Source: Microgenomates group bacterium
GTDB taxonomy: Bacteria > Patescibacteriota > Microgenomatia > PFEM01 > JBNASD01
DNA length: 64,000 nt
Direction of reading: 5' to 3'
Assembly: GCA_049720225.1 (NCBI GenBank)
Contig: JBNASD010000001.1
Location: 228,733 to 292,732, forward strand
Part shown: positions 37,882 through 47,220 of the stretch, piece by piece
Numbering within the stretch: position 1 is the first letter of the stretch
How the letters are laid out: every line of letters begins with the position of its first letter
Notes under the pieces: model-generated
What the model was told of the DNA's origin: nothing
The model's input: the letters and a program-made list of their open reading frames with translations, nothing else
Database searches by the model: none
Position numbers and translations under genes: made by a program

Positions 37882-39903
37882 ATGAATTCGGTTTTTTTTA
37901 ATTTGATAAAAGTTATTTTTTTTCTACCTTTTTTTCTTTTTCTTTCAACATTAGTTTTCTATATTCCTGGCTTTTTGTTAGTTAAATACACCTTTAACAA
38001 ATTAAGATCAGATGAAATAATTATTCTTTCTTATGCAATTGGAATAATTATTTTTCTTCTAATTAGCATTCTTTTTTTTATTATTAAAATTAATCCTCTT
38101 TTTCTTTTTATTATCTTAACTTTATTTTCATTCATAAAGTTTAAAAAAAGATTATTTATTCCTTTCTCTTTTTTCTTTAAGGAAAAATTTCTTTTATTTC
38201 TTCTTCTTTTAGGCACTCTTACGGAAGGTTTTATTAATTTTCCCAGCGGTTTTCCATATCAAAACGGCCATCTTTATTGGAGCGCCCAAGGTCATGATGG
38301 TCTCTGGCATATAGCAGTAATTGAAGCAATCAAAAAAAATTTCCCTCCCAATAATCCTTTGTATGCCGGCGAGAAACTTTTTAATTATCACTATTTTAGC
38401 GATATTGTAATGGCAGGTTTTAGCAACATTTTTCCTTTTTTTAATGTTTTAGACCTTTATTTTCGCTATTTTTCTTTTTTAATTTCTTTTTTAATTGGTC
38501 TTTCTGCTTATTCTTTTTTAACTACTTGGACTAAAAATAAAAAAATTGGTTTGTGGGGGGTATTTTTTAGTTATTTTGTTGGTAGTTTTGGATATATAGT
38601 ATTAGCTATCCAAAGACGTGGATTTTTTGGTGGAGAAACAATTTTTTGGGCTGCTCAGGGAAATACTATTATTGGCAATCCTCCCCATGCTTTTTGTTAT
38701 GTTCTAGTTCCTGCTTTCTTTTTAGCCTTTTTTTATTATCTTAAGCAGCCAACTATTCAAAGTTTTATTCCTCTTTTTTTACTAGGAAGCTTTTTAGCTG
38801 GTTTTAAAGTTTCTGCGGGAGTAGTTTTAGGAGGGGCGCTGGCAGGGGTCTTCTTTTTTAATTTGTTATTTAAAAAAGAAAAAAAACTTTTTCCAATAAT
38901 TATCATTCCCATTTTAAATTTCTTTATCTTCAAAATTTTAACTAGAAAGGGAGAATCATTTTTGATTTTTGAACCATGGTGGTTTATTAGAACAATGGTG
39001 GTGGCTCCTGATCGATTAAACTGGGTTGATTTAGAATTAAAAAGACAGTTTTATCTTGCTAAAGGAGGCTTCCGTTCTTGGCTTCGAATTTTTCAGTTTG
39101 AGGCAACTGCTTTTTTAATTTTTCTTTTAGGAAATTTAGGAACAAGATTTGTAGGATTTTGGGAAATTTTTAAAAACTTTATAAACAAAAAAGTGTTTAA
39201 AGATCCACTTATAATGAATCTTTTTGTTTCTTTAATTATTAGTTTTTTAATTCCTCTTTTTTTTGTCCAAAGGGGAGTAGCTTATAATCTTATTCAATTT
39301 ATGCAATATTTCTTGCTTATTTTTGGCTTTTTTGCGGCAATTGCTACTTATAACATTATTGAAAACATTAAATCTCGCTTTAAAAAAATAATTTTTGTTA
39401 TTCTCTTTGTTTTTCTTTCAATCCCTACGGTAATAGGCAATTTGTATGAATTTTATGGAAAAAATGCTCTTGCTATTGTTAGTAATCAAGAAATTGAAGC
39501 TTTAAATTTTTTAAAAAAAATTTCAAAACCTACCGATATTGTTTTAACCAAACCCTTTGATCGGTGGGCCCATTTAGCTTACCCCCATCAACCATGGCCA
39601 ATTTCTGTATGGGAATCGACTGCCCATGTAAGTGCTTATACATCTTTACAAACCTATCTTACTGACGAAGGACAAGTTAAAATCTTAGGAATCGATCCAG
39701 AAGAAAGATTGGCAAAATCTGGTGCTTTTTTTGACTCTAAAACTCCTCTTTCTCAAAAAAAATCATTTTTGGATTCAGAAAAAATTAGCTTTATTTATCT
39801 TCGTAAGGAAGAAAATGATAGAATTAATTTCGAAATATTTCCGAAATTGAATTTAGAAAAGATATTTGAAAATCAGGAAGTAGTAATTTATAAGAAAAAA
39901 TAA
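37882..39903 (+). CDS. Large polytopic membrane protein, family X member 3, divergently transcribed from member 2.
   Basis: Its loop PSGFPYQNGHLYWSAQGHDGLWHIAVIEAIKKNFPPNNPLYAGEKLFNYHYFSDIV matches member 2. The shared downstream blocks are WWFIRTM..APDR.NWV.LE..RQFY and FIQ.GVA.N.IQF.QYF. Confidence 0.45.
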   Translation: MNSVFFNLIKVIFFLPFFLFLSTLVFYIPGFLLVKYTFNKLRSDEIIILSYAIGIIIFLLISILFFIIKINPLFLFIILTLFSFIKFKKRLFIPFSFFFKEKFLLFLLLLGTLTEGFINFPSGFPYQNGHLYWSAQGHDGLWHIAVIEAIKKNFPPNNPLYAGEKLFNYHYFSDIVMAGFSNIFPFFNVLDLYFRYFSFLISFLIGLSAYSFLTTWTKNKKIGLWGVFFSYFVGSFGYIVLAIQRRGFFGGETIFWAAQGNTIIGNPPHAFCYVLVPAFFLAFFYYLKQPTIQSFIPLFLLGSFLAGFKVSAGVVLGGALAGVFFFNLLFKKEKKLFPIIIIPILNFFIFKILTRKGESFLIFEPWWFIRTMVVAPDRLNWVDLELKRQFYLAKGGFRSWLRIFQFEATAFLIFLLGNLGTRFVGFWEIFKNFINKKVFKDPLIMNLFVSLIISFLIPLFFVQRGVAYNLIQFMQYFLLIFGFFAAIATYNIIENIKSRFKKIIFVILFVFLSIPTVIGNLYEFYGKNALAIVSNQEIEALNFLKKISKPTDIVLTKPFDRWAHLAYPHQPWPISVWESTAHVSAYTSLQTYLTDEGQVKILGIDPEERLAKSGAFFDSKTPLSQKKSFLDSEKISFIYLRKEENDRINFEIFPKLNLEKIFENQEVVIYKKK

Positions 39904-39906
39904 AAA

Positions 39907-41394
39907 TTATTTTCTAAATATCGAATAAATATTTTTAATCTCTTTTAAGAAAGTCTCTCTTAATGTTAAAAAAATCAATCCGAAATAAAATAAACATCCA
40001 ATTATAGTTAAAATTAATATTCCCCATATTGTTTTTCCTACATAAAAACTTAAAAGATAAACTAATATTCCCATTAATAATGAAGCAAAAAATGGTTTAT
40101 TAATACTTTTCCAAAAACTAAACTCTATTTCTTTTTTAACTATCAAAATCGCTATTAAAGAACTAAAAGATACTAAAGCGGAAGCCAATGCTATTCCATT
40201 ATATCCAAATTTAATTCCCAGGGCAGGATAAAAAATCCAGGTGAGAACTGTCCACATAACCATTAAATTAAATACCTTTTTGATTTTCCCTACCGCTGCT
40301 AAAAAATTAGTTAATGGTGTAGTTACAGAAGCCCATGCGCTGTTTAAAGAAAAAAATCCTAATGCAAACAAACCTATTTCCCATTTTTGATAACGAGGAA
40401 TTAAATAAACTAAAGGCTTAGATAAAATTACCAATCCAGTTAAAACGGGAAAAACTAATAAAGAAACATAAAATAGAGTTTTTTCTATCATTTTTTTTAG
40501 TTCTGCTTTATTTTCCTGAACACGGGAATACGCAGGAAAAGTCACCCTCATTACCGGCTCCATAAAAAATCGTAGGGGAACTTGCGACCATTTTTGTGCC
40601 CACCCTAAAATTCCTACTCCCTCGGTACCGATTATTTTCCATAAAAATACATTCATTAATCTATCTTTAATTAATGCTAATAAACTGTTCCCTTGATAAG
40701 GGATTCCAAATTTTAAAAGCCTACCTAATGACTCCCAATCAAAAGCAATTCCAATTTTCCAAGGAAAAAGAATATAAATTAAAATCACTCCGAAAATCCC
40801 CCTCAATAAAACTGCCCACACATAACTTAAAACACCAAATCCTTTCCATGCCAAAAATCCTGAAACTAAATAAAAAGTTAAAGTCTCCACAATTTCTACT
40901 AAAACCAAAAATTCGAATTTTAATTGCCTTTCTAATAAAACTGAAGGAATTGTCTTTAATGAAGCAAGAAAAAATCCTATTGTCAAAGCCCACAAAAGCC
41001 AAACGCCTTGTGGGGAAATATGATAAAAATTTTTTAGCCACGGAGTAAAAATAAATATTAAACTTACTAAAGTAATGACTAATATTTGTTGAAGAGTAAA
41101 CGTGCTTCTGATTTCTTTTAAGGTTGGTTTTTCTTTCTTTTGAATTAAAGAAGCCGCTAAACCAATATCAGAAAAATAACCTAAAATCCCTACTAACTCA
41201 GAAATAGCAAAAAACAAGCCAATTTCTGATTGATTTAAAAAAACAGTTAAAATAAAAAAACCAAGAAAAGAAACTAATTGAAGAATACCTGCTCTTCCTA
41301 CTAAAGTTACTATCCCTTTAATTGTTCTTTCTTTAAGAGTATCTAAATCGATTTCTGGAGTATAGCTTAATTCTTCAGGGTTGATTTCTTTCAT
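39907..41394 (-). CDS. Wzx/MOP-superfamily lipid-linked oligosaccharide flippase.
   Basis: It is 495 aa with about 14 TM helices. The N-terminal region TIKGIVTLVGRAGILQLVSFLGFFILTVFLNQSEIGLFFAISELVG and its topology are typical of Polysacc_synt/Wzx proteins. Confidence 0.6.
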   Translation of the reverse strand: MKEINPEELSYTPEIDLDTLKERTIKGIVTLVGRAGILQLVSFLGFFILTVFLNQSEIGLFFAISELVGILGYFSDIGLAASLIQKKEKPTLKEIRSTFTLQQILVITLVSLIFIFTPWLKNFYHISPQGVWLLWALTIGFFLASLKTIPSVLLERQLKFEFLVLVEIVETLTFYLVSGFLAWKGFGVLSYVWAVLLRGIFGVILIYILFPWKIGIAFDWESLGRLLKFGIPYQGNSLLALIKDRLMNVFLWKIIGTEGVGILGWAQKWSQVPLRFFMEPVMRVTFPAYSRVQENKAELKKMIEKTLFYVSLLVFPVLTGLVILSKPLVYLIPRYQKWEIGLFALGFFSLNSAWASVTTPLTNFLAAVGKIKKVFNLMVMWTVLTWIFYPALGIKFGYNGIALASALVSFSSLIAILIVKKEIEFSFWKSINKPFFASLLMGILVYLLSFYVGKTIWGILILTIIGCLFYFGLIFLTLRETFLKEIKNIYSIFRK

Positions 41395-43073
41395 TTTCTT
41401 TTTAAAAATTTTAAACTACTTCCTGTTAATAAAGTAAAACCAAATAAAGAAAGAAGATTTCCTATTTTTCTGATTAAAGTATCATTTAGTCTTACTTTTA
41501 TTTTGTGATCTCCTTTAGTAACTTTAAAAGTAATTAACCCCAAAAAATTATTATGGTCAGTTATTATCTTTTGGTTATTAATATAGACTTCCCATCCCGG
41601 AAAATCATATAAAGAAAGTTGGATTTTTGCCTCAGAAGAATTTACTACCAATTCAAACTCTTGCCAATTAGTTCCTTTGCGAAAATTTTTAATTTCTCCC
41701 TCCCCTTCAATAAATTGAGAAATTTCCGGAGCTTTTTCTCCAGGGGGATAAGAAGCATAAATAGGTAAATAATCAAAAATAGCATTTTTTAATGATTCCT
41801 CCCACTTTTCTCCTTTAAGACGGTCGCTATCTTTTTCCTCAAAGAAAAATTTTTCTGGTCGAAAATAACTACTATAAAGATAAATCGCTCCCAAAACTAG
41901 AACAAAATTAAAAACAATTTTAATTTTTTTATTTTTAAAAAAATCTATTATTCCCCCGGCTAAAAAGGAAGAAAAGAAAATCACTAAGGCTAAAAATCGC
42001 CAAGGAAATTGAAGATATTCCAAAATTTTAACTAACTGCCAAATTGGAGTAGAGCGATAATGGGTCATAAAAGCGGTAAATAAAAAGGCAGTAAATAAAA
42101 ATACTACTAAAAAGAATTTTTTATTCTCTTTTTTAAACCAAAAAATTAGGCTAAAAAGAAAAACTATCCCTCCTAAAATCCAATGAAGATAGCCAATCAT
42201 AAAAGGCATTCCATCATCCGGCCCCCAAACAGAAGCTCCCCACCCCCATTTATTGCTTAAAAAAAGTTGTTTTAGGTCAACAAAGTGAGCTAAATAATTA
42301 AAATAACCCATTAACATTGTTTCTGTATGAACAAATTTCTTTTCAAATAAAGCGGGCAAAAGAAAAAAACTAGCAATCATAAATGCCCAAATTCCACCCA
42401 AAAAAAGAGGAATTATTTTTTTAAAGTTTTTAAATATTAAAAGCCAAAAAGACATCCAAACTATAACAAAAGGGGTAAAAATCATACTCATAATATTATG
42501 AGAAAGCCAGAGGAATCCTAAAGAAAGTGCTAAAAGCCAAATCCAAAAAAAATTTTTTTCTTCTTTTATAATTTTATAAATTGATAAAAAAATCAAAGGA
42601 AACCAAACTAATCCCCAACTTTCTGCTAATGCGCCTCGCACATAAACATCAACTGCATGATAGGGAGCATAAATATATAAAATTGCCGATAAAAATCCTC
42701 CCCACTCTCCCCAAAATTCTTTAGCTAAAAGAAACATAAAAAATCCTGATAATATTAATCCTAAACCAAAGATAATTTCTACTGAATCAATAATGGAAAA
42801 TCCCAAAAGATGAAAAATTTCTCCTAAATAATAAGGAAGAGGCGGGTAATAATTGAATAAAGGATAACCATATCCATATCCCAAATCAGGAACCCACCGA
42901 CAAGGAATTTGACCATCCTTAATACATTTATCCATTTCATAAATTCTTATAAACTGCATATCGTCATGCATCGAAAAATAACCAGGAAAAGTTAAAGAAC
43001 GCCAAGAAAAAAAGGAAGTTATTAAAATCCCCAAGAGGAAAAATAAATTTTTATATTTTTTTAATTTTTCCAT
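41391..43073 (-). CDS. Polytopic membrane protein resembling PTPS-related/YfhO-like GT-C candidates.
   Basis: The N-terminal loop is MHDDMQFIRIYEMDKCIKDGQIPCRWVPDLGYGYGYPLFNYYPPLPYYLGE. There are more than 12 TM helices and a C-terminal soluble beta-rich domain. The family assignment is tentative. Confidence 0.35.
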   Translation of the reverse strand: MEKLKKYKNLFFLLGILITSFFSWRSLTFPGYFSMHDDMQFIRIYEMDKCIKDGQIPCRWVPDLGYGYGYPLFNYYPPLPYYLGEIFHLLGFSIIDSVEIIFGLGLILSGFFMFLLAKEFWGEWGGFLSAILYIYAPYHAVDVYVRGALAESWGLVWFPLIFLSIYKIIKEEKNFFWIWLLALSLGFLWLSHNIMSMIFTPFVIVWMSFWLLIFKNFKKIIPLFLGGIWAFMIASFFLLPALFEKKFVHTETMLMGYFNYLAHFVDLKQLFLSNKWGWGASVWGPDDGMPFMIGYLHWILGGIVFLFSLIFWFKKENKKFFLVVFLFTAFLFTAFMTHYRSTPIWQLVKILEYLQFPWRFLALVIFFSSFLAGGIIDFFKNKKIKIVFNFVLVLGAIYLYSSYFRPEKFFFEEKDSDRLKGEKWEESLKNAIFDYLPIYASYPPGEKAPEISQFIEGEGEIKNFRKGTNWQEFELVVNSSEAKIQLSLYDFPGWEVYINNQKIITDHNNFLGLITFKVTKGDHKIKVRLNDTLIRKIGNLLSLFGFTLLTGSSLKFLKRK

Positions 43074-44185
43074 CTTAAAATAAACTTTTTTAAATTATAA
43101 CAAAGAAGAATATACAATGGAGGTAGCACTGGCAAAAGATAACGAGGATAAGGAACTCCCATCGAAAACATCACTAATAAAGAAAATGGCCAAAGAATTA
43201 ACAAAAAAAGCTTCAATTTTCTTTTTAAAATTGTTTCAAAAAAAGAAAGTAAACTCAATATAAAACTTAAAGCCCACCAAGGACGCCAGGAAACCACATT
43301 AATTATTTCTCCCTTATCCCACCAAGTTTTCCACTTTCCCAAAAGAAGAATTCTTAAAATCTCTCCCTTTGGATAATTTTCTACTTGAACTCGCGCGAAA
43401 TGACGAATCCAAAAATGAAGATATTTAAAATCCCCAAAATTATGACCCTTTAAAAAATAACCAATGTAAACTCCTAGATAAAAAATAACAAATACTGGCA
43501 AAAATCCTAAAAACCAAAAAATATCTTTTCTTTTTTCAATTACCAAAAGTAAAAAAAGATAAAAAATAAACACTCCAATTAAAGCAAATCCCACTAAATA
43601 CATTTTAGTAGTGCTTACCATTCCTAAAAAAATTACACTTAAAAGATAAAATAATTTATTCTCTTTTCCTTTTAAAAGAGAAAAAAAGGCTAAAGCAATA
43701 AATAAAGAAAATGGTAAATCTAACATGCTGGTTGTTAAGTTTTCTCTAAAAAGAGAATCAAAATTTATAAGAAATACAGGTATTATCGCTAAAAGGTTAT
43801 CTTTAAGGATTTTTTTAGATAAAAGAAAAATTGTTACCAAAAAAAGAAAACCAAAGATTGGAGAAATCATTACAGGATTATTAAAAATTAAAATTGACAA
43901 ACCAATTAAATATTTTCCCAATGGAGGAACTTCAGGATTAATTTTTGTGGGATCATCTCCTTTAATTTGACGCCAACCAGCATAAGCATAAAGTTCAGCA
44001 TCGCCCATTTTTTCTTTTGCTTCCCATCCTTTAACCCATTGAGAATTTAAATAACGTTGCTCCCAATAAAGATAATCATAAGAAGAAAGAAAAACTTCTT
44101 TATGAATTATTATTTCTCTTAAAAAAATAATAATTGTTAACCCTACCAATAAATAAAAAATTACTTTTTTCATTTTATTTTTCAT
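43061..44185 (-). CDS. PMT-like GT-C membrane protein (short form).
   Basis: The first loop GDAELYAYAGWRQIKGDDPTKINPEVPPLGKYLIGLSI has the PMT-family acidic motif followed by an HPPLgK-like motif (VPPLGKYLI). Confidence 0.5.
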   Translation of the reverse strand: MKNKMKKVIFYLLVGLTIIIFLREIIIHKEVFLSSYDYLYWEQRYLNSQWVKGWEAKEKMGDAELYAYAGWRQIKGDDPTKINPEVPPLGKYLIGLSILIFNNPVMISPIFGFLFLVTIFLLSKKILKDNLLAIIPVFLINFDSLFRENLTTSMLDLPFSLFIALAFFSLLKGKENKLFYLLSVIFLGMVSTTKMYLVGFALIGVFIFYLFLLLVIEKRKDIFWFLGFLPVFVIFYLGVYIGYFLKGHNFGDFKYLHFWIRHFARVQVENYPKGEILRILLLGKWKTWWDKGEIINVVSWRPWWALSFILSLLSFFETILKRKLKLFLLILWPFSLLVMFSMGVPYPRYLLPVLPPLYILLCYNLKKFILRWKN

Positions 44186-45699
44186 TTTAGACGATAAAAA
44201 AGAAAGTAATCTTGACTTCCTTCTGGGCTTACTGGTTTAGGGATTTTAAAAATCAATTCTAATTCTTTACCCTCTTTATCATTAACTCCTAATCGAGATT
44301 GATTACCAACCAAAAAAGTAGGAGTTTTGTTTAAAAAAGCCTCTTTTAACGGTTGCGGAATTTCTTTAAAATCTAATCCTACCCCAATAATTTTAATTCT
44401 TGGTTCTTTATCAAAATAAATTTGTAATCCATCAGGTAATGTACCCCAAAAACCTTCGGTTCCTACCACTATTTCTTTTTCTTTTTTTAAAACATCCTTA
44501 AGATAATCTTTTACTTCTTTTATTCCCCATCCCGAAGTCCAATCTGAAAGATAACCCCGCCTCATTTCCGTGGTAAGAGGAGCTTTTGCCGGAGAAGTTA
44601 AAATAAAAAAATCGTATTTTAACGCAGGAAAGAAAATAAGAAGAACCAAAATTATTTTTATAAAACCCAATCTCTTAAAAAAACCTAAAATTCTCTCAAG
44701 AAAAAATCCTCCAAAAATAATTAAAGGAAAAATAGTAAAAAGAAGATAACGAGAGTTAAAAACTTTAGCGATAAATGATTGAATAATTAAAGGCAATAAA
44801 CACCAACTTCCTAAAACTAACGTTTCTTTAGGTTTTTTTATCATTCCCCAAAAAAAACCCAAAATACTTAAAGATAAAATTGGCCAAGTAAATAAATTAG
44901 GAAACCAATCTGTAATATCTTTAAGATGAACTAATAAAGGATCATGAGGATGAAGTAATATTTCTTTAAAACTAAAAATATAATCCTTGTTTCTTAAGTT
45001 AATCATATAAAAACTAGGAGAAAGACGTAAAAGATTGTAAATCCCCACTCCAATTCCCACAAATATCATTAATAAAAATCCCATTCTAAGAAAAATTTTA
45101 AAATTAGCCTTCTCAACCAAAATTCCTACAATAAATAAAAGAAAAACAAAAAAAAGCGCCGGTGATTTAGTCAAAAGAGATAATCCTAAAACAAATCCTC
45201 CTATAATCGCCCATTTTAATTTTAAAGTTTTAACCACTAAAATCCCAAAAATTAAAACCCAAATTCCCAAAGCCATTAGCAAACTATCAACTAATGCCAT
45301 TCGATCGAAAAATAAAGTGTAAGGTAAAACAATATAAATTAAGCTAGCAAAAAAAGCACTTCTTTTAGAATTAAAAATAAGCAAACTAAGAAAAAAAACT
45401 CCTATTAAACTTATTAATCCACTAAAAACAGAAACCATTCTTCCCCCAAATAACGGATCAGGAAATATTTTCAAAAATGGCACCATTAACCACATAAACA
45501 ATGGTTGCTTACCATCAGAAAGAGAAATGAATTTTAGTTCAGGAACTGATTTTATTATTTGTGCCCAACGAATATAAATTGCTTCATCGCAAAAAACAGG
45601 CAGTAAGCTAAGGTTAAAAAGGCGAGTAAATAGAAAAAGTACGATTATTATCAAAAATAATATTTTCTCATTCAAACTTAAAAAATAGTGTTTTTTCAT
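44182..45699 (-). CDS. GT39/ArnT-like GT-C membrane glycosyltransferase.
   Basis: PVFCDEAIYIRWAQII provides the DE motif after TM1. There are about 12 TM helices and a C-terminal periplasmic domain. Confidence 0.7.
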   Translation of the reverse strand: MKKHYFLSLNEKILFLIIIVLFLFTRLFNLSLLPVFCDEAIYIRWAQIIKSVPELKFISLSDGKQPLFMWLMVPFLKIFPDPLFGGRMVSVFSGLISLIGVFFLSLLIFNSKRSAFFASLIYIVLPYTLFFDRMALVDSLLMALGIWVLIFGILVVKTLKLKWAIIGGFVLGLSLLTKSPALFFVFLLFIVGILVEKANFKIFLRMGFLLMIFVGIGVGIYNLLRLSPSFYMINLRNKDYIFSFKEILLHPHDPLLVHLKDITDWFPNLFTWPILSLSILGFFWGMIKKPKETLVLGSWCLLPLIIQSFIAKVFNSRYLLFTIFPLIIFGGFFLERILGFFKRLGFIKIILVLLIFFPALKYDFFILTSPAKAPLTTEMRRGYLSDWTSGWGIKEVKDYLKDVLKKEKEIVVGTEGFWGTLPDGLQIYFDKEPRIKIIGVGLDFKEIPQPLKEAFLNKTPTFLVGNQSRLGVNDKEGKELELIFKIPKPVSPEGSQDYFLFYRLK

Positions 45700-47186
45700 A
45701 AGTGTTCTAGTTTATAAATTTTTATTCCTAAATGTTCCCACTCTTGAGTAATTTTTGCCATTCCAAAACCAGCAATTTCCCAAAGCGGATGACCAACAGG
45801 TTGGCAGTTTTTTTCTTCGCAAATTACAAAAAGTTGATCGGTTACTGTTTTTCTTTCTGGATCAACGTGAGGCGGTTTAATTATCCCTACTGGTTTTTTC
45901 CAGACTTCTAAAAAATAAAAATAAGGAAAATAAGTATTATTTGAAGAAATCAAAGCCAAATTAAACGGTTTCCCTTCGCTTTTCTCTAAAATAAACTTAG
46001 CAATTTCTTGAGTTTGATAAAGTTGACGATTGGGAGTTTGTTTTAAAGGACTAGCTTTTATATTTACCCAAATAAGAGAAAAAAATATTAAACTAGATAA
46101 TATCCACCCTATTTTATTTATCTCTTTTAATTTTTCAAGAATTAAGCCAATAATTAAAAATGGTGCAGGAAACATAAAAACTAAATAATAACTATGAATC
46201 GTCCCTCTGAAAAACCCAAAAAGAAAAACTCCTCCTAAAAACCAAAGAAAAAGAAAGATGTAATTTTTGTTTTTTTGAGTAATTAATTTTAAAAATAAAA
46301 AAATAAATAAAAAAATTAATATTTTAAGCAAGATATCATTTTTTGCTACCACTAAATCATTAAAACTTCTTATAAACACATCTTTTACTATTATCCAAAA
46401 ATTTTTTTCCATTCCTACTTTTTCTCCGGAAGTTAAAAACCAATAAAGATTTTTTAAATTAACAAAATTATGACGAAATTCAAAAGCTAAAAAGGGTGAC
46501 CACCCCAAAACAAATCCTCCCAAAAGATAAAAATAAGAAATAATTTTTTTTCTTTGGGGCATAAAAAACAAAAAATAACTAACCACAATTGCAATTAAAA
46601 ATACGCAAATATAATGAAGTTGAAGGCAAATCCCTAATAAAAACCCTACTATTCCTAAACAGTAAATTTTTTTCTTTTCTTCTTCTAATTTAAGAAGATA
46701 AATACTTAACAAAGCAAAAAATGGTACAACGTTAGGATTCCAAGAAGAGCGAGAATGAATAATTACTAAGGGAGAAATAGCATATAAAAAGCTAGCGATT
46801 AATCCAACAAAGGAACTAAAAAATTTTTTTCCCGTTAAATAAACTAAAAAAACGGTAGCTACCCCAAACAACGCCACCATTATTGCTGGTCCTACTGGAT
46901 TTAAATTAAAAATCCATAAAAATGGTAACATCAGATAGTAATAAATTGGTCCTAAATGAAAGGGAGCAACACTGGCTATTGGTCCTAATAAGGTAAATTT
47001 ATGATCAACGATCATTCTTTTTACAATCAGAACATCTCTTCCTTCATCACCTAAAAAAATCATATAATCAGAAATTCGATAAAATCTCAAAAAAGAGGCT
47101 AAAAGAAGAATTAAAATCAAAAAAATCGTTTCAATTTTATTTTTTTTTAAAGAAGAAAACCACTTCATTAGTTCAAAGTATAGCAT
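45696..47186 (-). CDS. GT-C-like membrane protein, paralogue of 15846..17414. The track start at 47198 is TTG; ATG candidates lie at 47186 and 47168.
   Basis: MIFLGDEGRDVLIVKRMIVDHKFTLLGPIASVAPFHLGPIYYYLMLPFL is collinear with the first loop of 15846..17414. Confidence 0.5.
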   Translation of the reverse strand: MLYFELMKWFSSLKKNKIETIFLILILLLASFLRFYRISDYMIFLGDEGRDVLIVKRMIVDHKFTLLGPIASVAPFHLGPIYYYLMLPFLWIFNLNPVGPAIMVALFGVATVFLVYLTGKKFFSSFVGLIASFLYAISPLVIIHSRSSWNPNVVPFFALLSIYLLKLEEEKKKIYCLGIVGFLLGICLQLHYICVFLIAIVVSYFLFFMPQRKKIISYFYLLGGFVLGWSPFLAFEFRHNFVNLKNLYWFLTSGEKVGMEKNFWIIVKDVFIRSFNDLVVAKNDILLKILIFLFIFLFLKLITQKNKNYIFLFLWFLGGVFLFGFFRGTIHSYYLVFMFPAPFLIIGLILEKLKEINKIGWILSSLIFFSLIWVNIKASPLKQTPNRQLYQTQEIAKFILEKSEGKPFNLALISSNNTYFPYFYFLEVWKKPVGIIKPPHVDPERKTVTDQLFVICEEKNCQPVGHPLWEIAGFGMAKITQEWEHLGIKIYKLEHL

Positions 47187-47206
47187 AAATAAATTCAATT
47201 ATGCTA
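47181..47206. promoter_or_regulatory. Perfect 8-bp inverted repeat TAGCATAA-N10-TTATGCTA in the divergent control region between the GT-C gene (minus) and the PIG-V-like gene (plus). Candidate operator.
   Basis: tagcataaataaattcaattatgcta reads directly. It lies 15 nt upstream of the 47221 ATG and overlaps the possible 5' end of the minus-strand gene. Confidence 0.35.
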
Positions 47207-47220
47207 ATATATAAATTAAA

